Below, piece after piece: positions 62,934 through 64,000 of a stretch of 64,000 nucleotides of DNA (its first letter is position 1; every line of letters begins with the position of its first letter). Source of the stretch: Naegleria gruberi (lineage: Eukaryota); assembly GCA_000004985.1 (NCBI GenBank), contig GG738849.1. The stretch is one strand, 5' to 3'. A program made the translations under genes and the position numbers. The notes under the pieces are model-generated. The model did no database searches. It saw nothing but the letters and a program-made list of their open reading frames with translations, and had not been told where the DNA came from.

Positions 62934-63569
62934 ATGAGTAACGTGACTGAAACAATGTTCAACCCTGTTTTTGCAAGAAATATTGTCAGCTTTTTAAAAA
63001 TTGTTAGTAAATTAAAACATACACTCCGAACAGGATGGGTAGATTGTAAAGTGAAACAACCAGAAACTATTGCTGGTCACATGTATAGAATGGCTATTAT
63101 CAGTATGCTCACAAAGAATCAACCAAATATTTGTACAGAGAGATGTATCAAAATGAGTATAATTCACGATCTTTCTGAAGCTATTGCAGGAGATATCACA
63201 CCTCATGCTGGTGTTTCAAAGGAAGAAAAATTCAAACTTGAAAATGATGCCATTGAAAATATGAGGAAAACCTTGTTGAATGGAGTTAGTGACACTACTG
63301 AGGAAGGTAAACAATTTACTCAAACTGTAAATGAAATGTTGGATTTGTGGCATGAATATGAGGAAGGAACATCACCAGAAGCAGTCATGATCAAGGATAT
63401 TGATAAATTTGATATGGTTCTTCAAGCTTTGGAATATGAAACAGACCAAAATTTGGAGCTACCAACTTTTTATGAATCAACAAAAGGCGGATTCAAGACT
63501 GATATGGTTAAGGCCTTGATGAATGAAGTTTATGAACAAAAAGATAAATTAACAGAAGAAAGAAAGTAA
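62934..63569 (+). CDS. HD-domain protein HDDC2 / YfbR-like 5'-deoxynucleotidase, 211 aa, single exon.
   Basis: …LKHTLRTGW…ETIAGHMYRMAIIS…IHDLSEAIAGDITP… (H…HD…D metal ligands of the HD superfamily). Confidence 0.85.
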   Translation: MSNVTETMFNPVFARNIVSFLKIVSKLKHTLRTGWVDCKVKQPETIAGHMYRMAIISMLTKNQPNICTERCIKMSIIHDLSEAIAGDITPHAGVSKEEKFKLENDAIENMRKTLLNGVSDTTEEGKQFTQTVNEMLDLWHEYEEGTSPEAVMIKDIDKFDMVLQALEYETDQNLELPTFYESTKGGFKTDMVKALMNEVYEQKDKLTEERK

Positions 63570-63578
63570 CATTAAAAA

Positions 63579-64000
63579 TTACAATTTTCTATTGGTATAC
63601 AACAATTTGTTACCACTTGTCAATCCTCCAAATATTGACAAGTTGCATCTTTTAGTGAGCATTTGACAAAAGTCTACCGCTCTTACTGAGTGACCTTTCT
63701 TATCAACAAGAGGAGAAAATATTGCCATGCCACAAACACCTGGTACCACAATCATTAGACATCCTGAAACACCACTCTTTGCTGGTAAACCAACAGTAAA
63801 TGCCCATGTACCACTGTAATCATACATTCCACAACTGTAGAGTAAACTCAAACAATCTCTCACAACATGAATATCCTTAATACATCTATCACCTGTCAAG
63901 GGACAAACACCACTATTTGCCAAAGTACTAGCAATTACACTCAATTCTCTTGTTGTACAACTGATGCTGTTACATTGAACATAAAAATCGAGTACATCAT
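63579..64000 (-). CDS. Glutaminase (GLS-type), C-terminal ~140 codons. Gene continues beyond the window's 3' edge (its N-terminus is off-window).
   Basis: …DFYVQCNSISCTTRELSVIASTLANSGVCPLTGDR…CGMYDYSGTWAFTVGLPAKSGVSGCLMIVVPGVCGMAIFSPLVDKKGHSVRAV… is collinear with the serine-dependent beta-lactamase-fold core of glutaminase. Stop at 63581..63579. The reading frame is open to position 64000. Confidence 0.8.
   Translation of the reverse strand, partial: DVLDFYVQCNSISCTTRELSVIASTLANSGVCPLTGDRCIKDIHVVRDCLSLLYSCGMYDYSGTWAFTVGLPAKSGVSGCLMIVVPGVCGMAIFSPLVDKKGHSVRAVDFCQMLTKRCNLSIFGGLTSGNKLLYTNRKL

Noticed and set aside
1-64000. ORF-track start coordinates taken at face value (for example 14121, 25906, 48961, 50528, 59095, 62498, 63944).
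   Set aside because: Checking the underlying codons shows these 'M's are TTG or GTG (bacterial alternative starts). I moved starts to the first in-frame ATG or, for internal exons, to the splice acceptor.

Overview
AT-rich, gene-dense eukaryotic (protist) nuclear DNA, not prokaryotic: no operons, CRISPR arrays or IS elements.

I count about 37 protein-coding genes on both strands, roughly 40% with 1-4 short GT-AG introns (38-374 nt), one tRNA-Glu(UUC) and one 50-N assembly gap. The ORF track allowed bacterial alternative starts, so many listed 'M' residues are TTG or GTG. I re-derived ATG starts and splice junctions by hand, so exon coordinates are to the nucleotide as far as my reading of the numbered lines allows.

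Housekeeping genes I recognise by sequence:
- MTHFR
- MTAP
- phosphoglucomutase
- CCT-alpha
- eIF2B-epsilon
- dynamin (Drp1/DymA-like)
- PLD3/4-like HKD phospholipase
- myotubularin
- TRMT11
- oligoribonuclease
- guanylate kinase
- HDDC2
- glutaminase (partial)
- Fcf2
- mS41
- TAPT1-like
- RhoGAP
- F-box/LRR
- CID-domain protein
- SHAQKYF-Myb

Things I would look at again:
1. Three cilium/flagellum-associated genes within 17 kb: OSCP1, an adjacent divergent CCT-like (BBS-type?) chaperonin, and a SPAG6/PF16 orthologue.
2. An apparent Kelch-propeller::Rho-GTPase(CAAX) fusion gene whose switch-II 'DFD' is encoded by a 10-nt microexon, with a 1-nt homopolymer frameshift.
3. A 1428-aa single-exon Roco-like protein in which both the Ras/Roc-like and kinase-like domains look catalytically dead.
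4. A two-TM receptor-like protein with an extracellular sensor domain, a degenerate class-III cyclase homology domain and a C-terminal TPR-like tail.
5. A 6-nt microexon restoring the TRT-x-TQVASHA(Q/R)KY(F/L) consensus of a SHAQKYF Myb, sitting inside a tandemly duplicated intron.

The source organism is not certain. Codon usage, start context and low-complexity tracts first suggested a dictyostelid. The ciliary gene set argues instead for a flagellated AT-rich protist, for example a heterolobosean amoeboflagellate such as Naegleria. That is inference only.
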